From sequence record NC_104190.1: a DNA stretch of 64,000 nt. One strand, 5' to 3'. Positions 50,676 through 60,010 of the stretch are shown here, in pieces. Numbering within the stretch: the stretch's first letter is position 1; the number at the start of each line of letters is the position of its first letter. The DNA is from Escherichia phage IME178. The translations under genes were made by a program, and so were the position numbers. The notes under the pieces are model-generated. The model was not told where the DNA came from. It did not search any database and worked only from the letters and a program-made list of their open reading frames with translations.

Positions 50676-50709
50676 CAATAAAAAGGCTCTGGGCAAATCA
50701 CCCAGAGCC
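50676..50709 (-). terminator. terminator-like hairpin immediately upstream of tape measure start
   Basis: ggctctggg-caaatca-cccagagcc then TTTTTATTGGGAAAAATAAAAC-ATG on minus strand. Confidence 0.5.
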
Positions 50710-50744
50710 AAGCCTCATCGTGGAACGCCCATTGGAGGAAAATT

Positions 50745-51113
50745 TTACCGTGCACGAGATCTAGCATGTGGCTTAACGTTAGGAATCCTCCCGTTTTGCG
50801 GTTTATGCTTCTCAGCACGTTTACGTGCAGCATCTACAGCTTTAGCATCAAATATATTGATAATGTGTAGAACAAATTCTTTTTCTATGGGATCAGTAAT
50901 CCCATAAATATCAAATAAAACACCTAGAGCAGCTTTGTCTTTACCTATAAAGATAGGAAAGTCACCCGGTATGAAACAGTCAATCAGACTGTTATAAATA
51001 TTCATACTAATAGATACAATAGGTGGAAAATCCTCAAGTTCAACGGGCATAGCCTTTGGATCAGGTTCTATACCCATTGACTCGCAAAGTATTAAATATT
51101 GTTGTTTAGTCAT
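50745..51113 (-). CDS. hypothetical protein (possible tail assembly chaperone by position)
   Basis: 122 aa directly upstream of tape measure gene. Confidence 0.35.
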   Translation of the reverse strand: MTKQQYLILCESMGIEPDPKAMPVELEDFPPIVSISMNIYNSLIDCFIPGDFPIFIGKDKAALGVLFDIYGITDPIEKEFVLHIINIFDAKAVDAARKRAEKHKPQNGRIPNVKPHARSRAR

Positions 51114-51174
51114 TTTAGATGCTGAGCTTTTAATACATTTGTCTGCAAAATCAGCAACAGCATCTAGAAGTTCT

Positions 51175-51579
51175 TTACGCTTTTGAGCTACGAAAAGTGT
51201 CTAAGTGGAACACTGTCTGGTTGATCCAAGAATCAAACGCAGCAGAGTTCTGCATGAGCATTACAGCATTGTCGCGGCTAAAAGGAACTTCAGTAGCAGG
51301 ATCAGCATCTGTTTCAATCAGCATCAGTTTTTCAACGTCACCTACAGTCAAACCAGTCCAACCTTTAATAGCTGCGTCAACAAATGCTTCAATGAACTTA
51401 TCATCATCCTGGACTTGCATCAGCGTACCATTAACCCATTCATCACGTTTAGCAGAAGAAATAACACGTTTAGAGGTAGCACGAGACATATAGTTAAGTT
51501 CTAGTTTAAAGTTCGGCATACCTGGGTAGGAAAGAGTAATAGTACGAGTATCAAGAGTAATATCTTTTAAATTAATCAT
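51175..51579 (-). CDS. hypothetical tail-associated protein
   Basis: 134-aa ORF, co-oriented; ATGA overlap with upstream gene. Confidence 0.4.
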   Translation of the reverse strand: MINLKDITLDTRTITLSYPGMPNFKLELNYMSRATSKRVISSAKRDEWVNGTLMQVQDDDKFIEAFVDAAIKGWTGLTVGDVEKLMLIETDADPATEVPFSRDNAVMLMQNSAAFDSWINQTVFHLDTFRSSKA

Positions 51580-52476
51580 TTTTTAATTTCTCCAAAGAAA
51601 TCTATTCTCACTGGGTCTGAAGAAGCAGTAGGTATAATATCCCACTCAACTCTATACACATCTGAGAGATCTAGGCGTTTTGTAATACGTGCTGAAGGAA
51701 AATCTATAGAAATATTATTATTTCTTATATTTAAAGGTACATCTGTCTCCGGTTCGATATTGTAAACCATATCTCCTGCAAAACGTTTTTAAGTAATATA
51801 GAGAAATGGTTGCCGAAGCATTCATTTCATTTACATAAGCTCTTTTATTATTATAAATTTTATTTATATCAAAAACACTCTTATCTTCTCTCCAAGAGCA
51901 CTGCTGCTGGAAAGATAAGGAGGCAGAGATAAGACCGGGTAAGATGCTACCATTAGTAGAAGCTATTACTGGGCTATAAGACATTACTTCACCCTGTATA
52001 ATAGAAGCTGCTTCTCTATAGGTAGATACTTCTGAGAATTTCCCAGACTCAATACCAACATTAAGAATTGGTATGTTCTTATCTAAAGAAAAATCTACCG
52101 TAGATACATAACAGTTTTCAAAATATACACAGTTACTATCTTTGTTTACTATATAGATATTGAATATAATAGGTTCAATATTACTACTATATAGTGGGAG
52201 TAAGAAAGTATTACCTTTTCTATCAAAACCTAACCATTCAAAGAAGTTAGCCTCTGTAAGAGTATTACTGAAATTTACGGCTAGAGAGATAGAAGAGGGG
52301 GTTTGAGCATTTATAATAGAGTCTGCATAGTTAGTTCTACGATGAACAGTCCTACGAAGAGTCTTGAATTCCTCGTAGGAAGTCTGTATATCATAGTTTG
52401 ATAGGGCATCAAAATGAAATGCCCTACCATCATACTCAACTATAACTTTTGACTCTCTCATTAGAGAGTAGTACAT
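51576..52476 (-). CDS. tail protein, frame-interrupted
   Basis: 252-aa ORF has an implausible C-terminal tail; downstream frame (64-aa ORF 51576..51770) gives a sensible continuation; switch at A5/T4 run near 51780-51795. Confidence 0.4.
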
Positions 52477-52480
52477 TTAA

Positions 52481-53875
52481 TTAACCACCTGTTGTTACAG
52501 TAATCTGTTTAGTACCTTTAACTCCAGAACCATCCTTAGCTGTAGCTTCAACAGTTACCGCACCTGTTTTACTAGCATGGGCTGTTAATAGTCCTGCTGC
52601 ATTGATAGTAGCTGCATCACCAGCAGTGATAGCCCAAGTAACTTCTTTATTCTTTGCGGAAGAAGGAGTAATTTCAACACTCATCTGAAGAGTAGCCGAG
52701 TTGTTTACTGTAGTAGCATCACCAGCAGATTTAACAGTAATTGCGGTTACAGCATTAGTAGCACCATCACCATTAACAATCAAGTTATTAATAGTTGTTT
52801 TGGTATATTTACTAGAGAAGCCTAAGTAACCTTCATCACCAGCATCCAGATCAGATGGAATAGCTTTAAACTCTACTGAAGTACCAAGTACATCATCAGT
52901 TTCAATAGTAGGAATATTAACGTGTGCTTGTTTAGCTACCAAAATAGCCGCAGGACGTTCTTCATCGTATTCACCACCAAGTACTAGAGCAATTTCGAAG
53001 CGGTTAACTACCTTCAGAGTTTTGATAAGATCTTTATACAGCTCCATAGAACCAAGAGATTTATCATTCAGATAGGCAGTTAATGAACCAGTTAGTTCAA
53101 ATGCGCCAGTAAATGAACCGATCGGAATATTTACACGGGACATAATATTCGGGGTTAGATACGTGATGTTATTATTAATGGTGAAAGTACCACCAGTAAT
53201 AGGTATGTCATAAGACTTATTGGTATCCATATCCTTGATCTTCAAGATCGTTAGTTTGTTCTTAATATAAGAACCCTGGATAGTCATATAAGTTTCATCA
53301 TCAATACCTAACTCATCTGGGTCAAATGGTTGCTCATCCAGAGGAATAAGCTGATTACCATTACCGGACCAAGTTACACGGCCAATATCTTCGATATCAA
53401 CGTTAACTTCTGCCTGATTAATCTGACAGGAATCGATATAACTCCATGCTTTATCAGTCAGAATATAAATATGTAACATTGCTAACTCATGATAGGAGTT
53501 ATCTTTGAAGTTAACCATGAAGTTAGCCTCGTTATTGTGTGCCCCTGTATTACCTTCTAAGTTAATAGCTTTACCACTAGAAAGTGCATGCCATAACATA
53601 TAGTCAGGAACGATTTGCTTCTGATCATCTTTATTGATATAGGGCAGGATGTAAGTAGAGAAACTCCACTCAGCCGCGTTTAAAGAGTCGTTAAAACGTT
53701 TAGAACCACGAGTTGGACGCGGACCAGCTTCATTAACAGTAATATCTGTTGAGTTACTGTCCTGACCCCAAGAAATATCATCCTGAACTAGAATCTCTTG
53801 CGTGTTGGTCTTATTATGACCAGTCTTAACCGTAGACACGAAGATTCGAGTATTACGTAATAGTTGTAAAGACAT
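52481..53875 (-). CDS. major tail tube protein (T5 pb6-like) with C-terminal Ig-like domain
   Basis: 464 aa (the size I recall for pb6); C-terminal BIG2-like segment. Confidence 0.8.
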   Translation of the reverse strand: MSLQLLRNTRIFVSTVKTGHNKTNTQEILVQDDISWGQDSNSTDITVNEAGPRPTRGSKRFNDSLNAAEWSFSTYILPYINKDDQKQIVPDYMLWHALSSGKAINLEGNTGAHNNEANFMVNFKDNSYHELAMLHIYILTDKAWSYIDSCQINQAEVNVDIEDIGRVTWSGNGNQLIPLDEQPFDPDELGIDDETYMTIQGSYIKNKLTILKIKDMDTNKSYDIPITGGTFTINNNITYLTPNIMSRVNIPIGSFTGAFELTGSLTAYLNDKSLGSMELYKDLIKTLKVVNRFEIALVLGGEYDEERPAAILVAKQAHVNIPTIETDDVLGTSVEFKAIPSDLDAGDEGYLGFSSKYTKTTINNLIVNGDGATNAVTAITVKSAGDATTVNNSATLQMSVEITPSSAKNKEVTWAITAGDAATINAAGLLTAHASKTGAVTVEATAKDGSGVKGTKQITVTTGG

Positions 53876-53901
53876 TTAATTATTTTCTCCTAATCTGTAA
53901 C

Positions 53902-54387
53902 TTATCTGCGAAGTGACCTACGTGGAGGCTGATACCTCACTGTTACATTTATTTCTGCTAAACCATATGGGGCCAGTAGACCCTCATCTGTACTAACTGA
54001 TGTAATGATCATATCAGTTGCCTCACATGGGAAGGTCGATCCATTAGGTTTACTAACAGTATATTCTAAATTTCCACCTGTGTCAATAACGGTTTTTATA
54101 TCCGCTACGAGTTTTTCAAGTTGCTCTTGAATGTCTGTTTTCTCTTTATCGTACACCAGGATTGGAAGTTCTAAAAACATCCACTGTTGGCCCGAAGGAA
54201 GATACTGCCCAGTTTCAGTTCCGATATGAACTGCCACATAAGGAAACTCTCGTATTTCCTCAAATTTATAAGTTTGACGAGAAACGTTTCCATATAGGTT
54301 ATTAAAATATTCGTCAGGTTGAGAACCATCCAACTGTTTAGATATACGGTCAACCAGAGCTTGTGCAATACTTGTTCTATGATCCAT
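53902..54387 (-). CDS. head-tail connector/completion protein (hypothetical)
   Basis: 161 aa; position between capsid and tail tube genes. Confidence 0.45.
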   Translation of the reverse strand: MDHRTSIAQALVDRISKQLDGSQPDEYFNNLYGNVSRQTYKFEEIREFPYVAVHIGTETGQYLPSGQQWMFLELPILVYDKEKTDIQEQLEKLVADIKTVIDTGGNLEYTVSKPNGSTFPCEATDMIITSVSTDEGLLAPYGLAEINVTVRYQPPRRSLRR

Positions 54388-54390
54388 TTA

Positions 54391-55159
54391 TTAGGTTCCT
54401 TGATTAACCTTGATTTTATATCTAGAGTGAATCAGGTCTCTTGCAGCTTTTGCTATAGCCTCACCAATAAGTTTTTGGGGGTTTCTAGCGCCTGGGTAAG
54501 GTCGTAGAGATAATCTTTGATATGTAGATACTGCTGGATTAAATACAGAATATGGACGTACCATATAATTATACGTCACGTTTAATTCAGGAGCACCTTT
54601 ACTAGTCTCTGCATCTCTAAGCATAACATCCTTAATTTTCAGAGAATTTGCAAACCTGCCAGTTCTAAATTTTAATGGCGCTCCTGTCTTTTTCATATCC
54701 TTTATTAAGTACTCTTTAGCAACTATCTCTAATATAACCTTCATATTGCTATTTGATACAAAACGTCCGGAAGCACCTGTTACTGCACCTGAGTATCCAT
54801 CCTCTACGTCTCTAGGATCCCCAAAGTTTACCTGTACTCTGCCTGTAGAACGTTTTTTTACCTACAGAGGATTTTTTACCCGCGGTTGCTTGTATTAAGT
54901 TCTCTAGAGCACCTAAATCCCCCGAAAGATCTAAACTAGAGGATACTGCTTTTAGTATAGAGGCTGTTCTAACATCAAGAAGATCTTGTGATACGGGTTT
55001 TGAAAACTTAAAAGATACTTGAGCAACAGTACCATCTCTGGTAGGATCTTTTAACCCTGTCTCAACAGAATACACAACAGTATTCTTATTATTTTCAGAT
55101 CGTCCTGCAGTATCTAGCTGCTCTTTAATAATTTGTTTAGCTAGATCGGAAAGAGACAT
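54391..55159 (-). CDS. head-tail joining protein, frame-interrupted
   Basis: 115-aa and 117-aa ORFs are co-linear; frame change at T7 run 54823-54829. Confidence 0.4.
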
Positions 55160-55671
55160 TATACTCTCCTATACACTTCAATAATAGTACGAATATGCTC
55201 TGGGATACCAGACTTAGTGCTATTGAAGGTTACTGTTTCACCACCAATTGTTTTAGCTTGGCGGTAATCTTGTTTGTGCCAATGATCTACTAACATACAT
55301 GCTGCAAGTTTGAGATCTTCAGGTATTGGATTGAATCCACCTTGTGTATATGCTACATCCATATAACCTTCTGGAGGATTAAATTTGAGAAGGATAATAC
55401 CATCAGAGTATAGCTTATACTGCTCTGGGTCAATCTCATTATCGTTAATCGTCACTTTAGTTACGGAGGTAGCAGATGGTGAGCTCAGAAAATATTTCCT
55501 ACGTGTAGGTTTTGTATTGATTAACTGGTCTACCGCATCAGCATCATCCATGCCTAGAAGGCTCGTAATCAGCGCATTGGCAGCAGTAATCATCATTTCT
55601 ACACCAGATTCTAATTCAGGTCGTTTTAAACCACCATATAATCTATAATCTTCGGCTGTGATGATTTGCAT
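55159..55671 (-). CDS. head completion protein (hypothetical)
   Basis: 170 aa; starts 20 nt after hairpin + AT-box element. Confidence 0.45.
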   Translation of the reverse strand: MQIITAEDYRLYGGLKRPELESGVEMMITAANALITSLLGMDDADAVDQLINTKPTRRKYFLSSPSATSVTKVTINDNEIDPEQYKLYSDGIILLKFNPPEGYMDVAYTQGGFNPIPEDLKLAACMLVDHWHKQDYRQAKTIGGETVTFNSTKSGIPEHIRTIIEVYRRV

Positions 55672-55680
55672 TTATTTTTC

Positions 55681-55711
55681 CCAATAAAAAAGGAGAGCCG
55701 AAGCTCTCCTT
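55681..55711 (-). terminator. strong rho-independent terminator after major capsid gene
   Basis: 9-bp stem aaggagagc / gctctcctt, loop cgaa, then TTTTTATTGG on minus strand. Confidence 0.6.
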
Positions 55712-55730
55712 ATCGGCTGAAAAGCCTGTA

Positions 55731-57107
55731 TTAAGATGCAGCGTAAGTACCGGATACAACGCCGTTATTAAAGTAACGTTGCAGGTTAACACGCTGGGTA
55801 ACGTAGTACGCGTCACGCTGTTTACCAGCTTGGCGCTCACGTTCAACAGTAACAGCACGCTGACGCGGCATTACAAAGTTATCTTTATAAACGATAACTG
55901 CGAATTCTGCGGAAGCAGCTTTAGCAGGGAAGTATTCAGAAACTACAACTGGCAGACCATAAATACGACCAACCTGACCTTGCAGTTTAACAGCATCGTT
56001 ACCAACCTGTGCAACATCCTGCCATTCTTCATCTTCCAGCAGATCGTAATAAGCATCCATAGATACGATCAGTACTAGTTTGCTAAGTTTCAGACCATGA
56101 CGGCCCAGTTTACGACGCAGTTTAGAAATAGTTTTAGCAGTTACTAATACAGAACCATCAGCTTTAGCCTCGGTAACAACCTTAGCACTATCTTCGCTAG
56201 CAAGGGTCAGCAGACCTTTCGGCTTACCAGAACCATCACCAGTCATGAAAGCTTCTTCGATAGAAACAGCGTGTGCTTCAATCAGGCGTTTACGCAGCAG
56301 AGGCAGCAGAGAGAAGATTGCATCTTCTTCAGTTTCATCAGTAATGAAGGACTTAGCAGCTAATTTGTAAGTACTGAAATGAATTTCAGTCAGAGCACCT
56401 TTAACTTCTTCACCAGTAGTTGCATCAGTACCATAAGTAGAAGCAGCAACCCAAGTAGCTTTACCAGCATCTGGTTCAACTAGCATAGTAAGAATCTTAC
56501 TAGACATCGGCAATTCTTCGAACAGTGCACCAACTACCAGCTCTTTCTGCAGATCACGAATGATACGCTGGGAGAAAATAGTTTCATAGTTTTCACTAGA
56601 AACCTGAACTGAAGAAGAGGTGTTTACAGCTTTAAGGTGATTCTGACCATGTTCAGTTTCGAATACGCCTTTTTCCATTACATAAGATAGCAGAACTAGT
56701 TTTTCAACTTCATCTTCGAAAGCTTCCTGAGTACCATACAGTGCTTTAGCTACGCTATCACCGACGAAGGAACGTCCTTCACGAGCTGCCAGTAGAGATT
56801 TGATTTCGTCCTGAAGACCAACAATAGTTTCCTGTTGTTTTTCTACAGTCTGTGCAAACAGTTCTGCGCTCTTTTTAGATTTTTCATCCAGGGATTTAAC
56901 CAGTTCCAGAGCTTCTTCTAGCTTCTGACGATCTTCGCCAACTGCTTTAGAAACCAGATCATTCATACGAGCCAGTTCTTTTTCTTCCTGCTCTTTACGC
57001 ATACGTTCAGCTTCAGCAGCTTTCTGAGCAGCGGTCAGACCTTCCAGAGATTTAGCCAGATCACCCAGACCAAGTTCTTCTTTCAGCTTATTAATATCAA
57101 TAGTCAT
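55731..57107 (-). CDS. major capsid protein precursor (T5 pb8-like, HK97 fold with N-terminal delta domain)
   Basis: 458 aa (the size I recall for pb8); coiled-coil N-terminal ~150 aa then capsid body; optimal codon usage. Confidence 0.85.
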   Translation of the reverse strand: MTIDINKLKEELGLGDLAKSLEGLTAAQKAAEAERMRKEQEEKELARMNDLVSKAVGEDRQKLEEALELVKSLDEKSKKSAELFAQTVEKQQETIVGLQDEIKSLLAAREGRSFVGDSVAKALYGTQEAFEDEVEKLVLLSYVMEKGVFETEHGQNHLKAVNTSSSVQVSSENYETIFSQRIIRDLQKELVVGALFEELPMSSKILTMLVEPDAGKATWVAASTYGTDATTGEEVKGALTEIHFSTYKLAAKSFITDETEEDAIFSLLPLLRKRLIEAHAVSIEEAFMTGDGSGKPKGLLTLASEDSAKVVTEAKADGSVLVTAKTISKLRRKLGRHGLKLSKLVLIVSMDAYYDLLEDEEWQDVAQVGNDAVKLQGQVGRIYGLPVVVSEYFPAKAASAEFAVIVYKDNFVMPRQRAVTVERERQAGKQRDAYYVTQRVNLQRYFNNGVVSGTYAAS

Positions 57108-57124
57108 TTTTAAATAATTCTCCG

Positions 57125-57756
57125 TTATTCTTTAACGTAGCCTAAAGCTATCGCAAGTTTTTCTAGTTCAGAAAGATTACGTTCTTGAGCTGGGACAGCT
57201 TTAGAACTTATTGCAGTAAAAGATTTACGCCATTCAGTGTAATCATGACCATTCATGCTCTTAGCGAGATTGAATGTTGAGTCCTGATTACAAGGTACAG
57301 AAACTACCGAACTTCGTATAGTTCTAAATCTTTAATAATAAATATATCAGTAGCTTCATCCCACTCTGCATCTAGGCAGCGGAATCCGATACTAAAAGTT
57401 TTCAGTACACCGTTTCTAATTAGTGAAAAGATAGCCGGATCAGAACTTTCATAGATCTCGCATTCGATTTCGAGACCCATTTCAGTAGGGTTAAGATCAA
57501 TACACTTGCCGATTGGACGACGATGGTCGTGTCCGAAAAGAATAATCGGGTTTTTCATATAGTTAGCAAGTGCATTAGATGTTTTCCATGCCGAAGCAGG
57601 AATTACATCACCAGCACGATCTTTACTAATTGTATTAGCGAATCCACGGATCTTTACAACACCTTCTTTGGATTCGCTATCAATAGATTTAATATAAGCA
57701 TCTAAATGAACCGGTGCTGATTTTAACTTGTTATAGTCAATAGCAGCTTGTGTCAT
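57125..57756 (-). CDS. prohead protease (HK97/U35 family), frame-interrupted
   Basis: PIILFGHDHRRPIGK and LKTFSIGF (catalytic His/Ser context); 150-aa ORF stops at 57304 but a -1 frame continues ~57 codons to a stop 17 nt before capsid ATG; total ~208 aa. Confidence 0.6.
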
Positions 57757-57759
57757 TTA

Positions 57760-58245
57760 TTAGCCTCCAGGAACAGTAGGATTAACTGTTACAGCACATG
57801 CAGTAGAATCCTTACTTACTTGCTTACTATCTGTTACAGTTACTTTATAAGAGCCGGCATCCTCAGCTGCTGCTGTAGGCTTAGTATAGGTAGCTCCTGA
57901 AGCATCCGGAATCGGAGAACCATCTTTAGTCCATGCGTAAGTATATGGACCAGTACCACCAGCTGCAGTAACAGAAAGTGTTAATGCTGCTCCCTCTTCA
58001 ACGGACGTGCTAGCAGTTAAATCTTTAGAAAGAGTTAATGGGGGAGCAGGAGGAACTGCTTTACCATATGCCTCTACAAATTTCTTCCATACTTTGCGGT
58101 TAGTATGCGCAGATGAAAGTCCTAGTTCTCTACGCAGAAAAGCATAGCTAGGAACATATTTATGCGCAGCAACCGTAGCAAAGAAGATATGAGATTCTGG
58201 TAGTTTTTCACCAAAAATGGTCTTTAGACCACTATAATCAATCAT
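57760..58245 (-). CDS. capsid decoration protein (T5 pb10-like) with C-terminal Ig-like domain
   Basis: 161 aa; Ig-like C-terminus (GTGPYTYAWTKDGSPI...GSYKVTVTD). Confidence 0.6.
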   Translation of the reverse strand: MIDYSGLKTIFGEKLPESHIFFATVAAHKYVPSYAFLRRELGLSSAHTNRKVWKKFVEAYGKAVPPAPPLTLSKDLTASTSVEEGAALTLSVTAAGGTGPYTYAWTKDGSPIPDASGATYTKPTAAAEDAGSYKVTVTDSKQVSKDSTACAVTVNPTVPGG

Positions 58246-59459
58246 TCTTTATCTCCCTCGGTGGAACCTTGAGGTCTACCACCTTCTTGACCGGATACGC
58301 CTGTTGCAGAACCAGCGACGTTAGCAGGAATACGAATCTTATTCATCTGCTCATCATCTAAAGGCTCAAGGTTCAGCTCTAAACGAGCTTCGTTACCAGT
58401 TATAATACCATTATTAACCAATGAGGTTAAATGTTTAGCCTCAGATTCTTTATCTGGTGTTAATGCAGCTACTTCCTTAGTATTAGGAGTAATCTTATAA
58501 CCAAAAAAGAAAGTAAGAGAACTAGTCAGCTTGTTCAGCATAGGGATGATAGTCATGTAATAGAACAGTTCGATGTTTGGTCGAATGTTCGCGTTATTAC
58601 CACCATCAAGTAGCACTTGCGGAACACCAAAGGCTAGACAGATAGATTTATTAAATCCTTCGATGTCTTCCTTAAAGTCTAGATCTTTAAAAGAGGATAT
58701 TTGGGAGTACGGTTTAGCTTTCATACCACCATCTAGAATCAGGACAGAAGACTGACCCGTACTAGGATTATAATCGAGTTGTAATTCTTCTTGTTTACGC
58801 TCACGCAATTTCTTGTTCAGAATTTCATCCGTCTCAAGAATAAGACCAATCACGGTTCCGTTATCGAGAAACTTCTCTTTAAAGTTAAGCATCTTGGAAC
58901 GCTTCTCAAGAGAATCAATAACAGTAGCAACACGAGATTGTCCAGAAATTTGAGAATTTGTGCCACACACGTAACTGTTATCCTTTATAAAGATAATCTC
59001 ATCTACGCGATAGTCTATCTGGTTATTAAATATAAATTTTTTGATAAACTTATTGGCATCTGCCTCTACTTGCATTAGTGCAGCAGGGACATGATAAAGT
59101 GCTGTGCCATCCCAATAGATGTATGCACAACCTTCAAAAAGTAGGTCAGTGACTACAAGTCTACGGAATGTGCTTATATCCATGAATGGATTAGGTCGTA
59201 CATTTAAGAGAGTGTCTAGAGTCTTTGCCTTGATGCCATTGGCATACGTGACAATATTATATTTATCTCCGACAGTATAAGAACACTCCGCCGCACTATC
59301 TATAACCATATTAGCAGTTCTATTGAGAATCTCAATTTTACTGTAGGCTTGTCCAGTGGTAAAAGGCTTACGGTTAGTGCGATGACTAACTGGTTCCATG
59401 TCTCTTATAATACGTTGACCCGGATTTAGCTTTTCAGTAATCCAGCTTTTAAAACCCAT
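58242..59459 (-). CDS. portal protein (T5 pb7-like)
   Basis: 405 aa; size and position between terminase and capsid genes. Confidence 0.6.
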   Translation of the reverse strand: MGFKSWITEKLNPGQRIIRDMEPVSHRTNRKPFTTGQAYSKIEILNRTANMVIDSAAECSYTVGDKYNIVTYANGIKAKTLDTLLNVRPNPFMDISTFRRLVVTDLLFEGCAYIYWDGTALYHVPAALMQVEADANKFIKKFIFNNQIDYRVDEIIFIKDNSYVCGTNSQISGQSRVATVIDSLEKRSKMLNFKEKFLDNGTVIGLILETDEILNKKLRERKQEELQLDYNPSTGQSSVLILDGGMKAKPYSQISSFKDLDFKEDIEGFNKSICLAFGVPQVLLDGGNNANIRPNIELFYYMTIIPMLNKLTSSLTFFFGYKITPNTKEVAALTPDKESEAKHLTSLVNNGIITGNEARLELNLEPLDDEQMNKIRIPANVAGSATGVSGQEGGRPQGSTEGDKE

Positions 59460-59896
59460 TATAAGAACCTTGCGAATCCTGATTTTGTTTCAGTCTTGAC
59501 TTGTGTCTTTTCTTGAGGATTCTGTAATTTGTCTTTCTGCTTTTGAACCCACACTTTTTGCTTATTAGCAGAAAATAAAGGAGGTTCTTTTGTGTAAACC
59601 TTATGTAATAATTGGTGATGGTGTACACAAAGGGTAACAGTGTCTTCTACTAGCTCATGCCTATATCGATCATAGAATGCCGTCCTATTTGAAAGGACTA
59701 TTTCTTCGTCAGTGAAATCCAATTGGAGTTCTTTAGCAAATTTTTTAACTAGTAGAGACACCGTATGGTAATGATGAAGCTCTAATTCTTCAGCACAACC
59801 GCAGATAGCACATTGAGAGTCTTTTTTATATTGACTTTTTATTCCGTCTCTCATAAGGGATATAGCATCGCGTTTATATTTTATATTGCTTGCCAT
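59459..59896 (-). CDS. HNH endonuclease
   Basis: CAICGC...LELHHYH...CVHHHQLLH; start set at MASNIKY (RBS gaggagaa); stop shares TAATG with portal start. Confidence 0.65.
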   Translation of the reverse strand: MASNIKYKRDAISLMRDGIKSQYKKDSQCAICGCAEELELHHYHTVSLLVKKFAKELQLDFTDEEIVLSNRTAFYDRYRHELVEDTVTLCVHHHQLLHKVYTKEPPLFSANKQKVWVQKQKDKLQNPQEKTQVKTETKSGFARFL

Positions 59897-59960
59897 AGTG
59901 TTCTCCTCAACTGTATGAATATAGTATACATAATCGTATCGAATTTGTAAAGGGGATTTT

Positions 59961-59997
59961 AAAATGCAGGAATGGGATACCAACTGAGTAGTATCCC
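59961..59997 (-). terminator. terminator-like hairpin after terminase gene
   Basis: gggatac-caactgagta-gtatccc with T-rich tract on minus strand. Confidence 0.4.
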
Positions 59998-60010
59998 TTC
60001 CTATACTTAT

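Noticed and set aside
59897-59983. N-terminal 29-codon extension of the HNH ORF
   Set aside because: Internal ATG at 59896 has a strong RBS (gaggagaa) and the extension overlaps a terminator-like hairpin.
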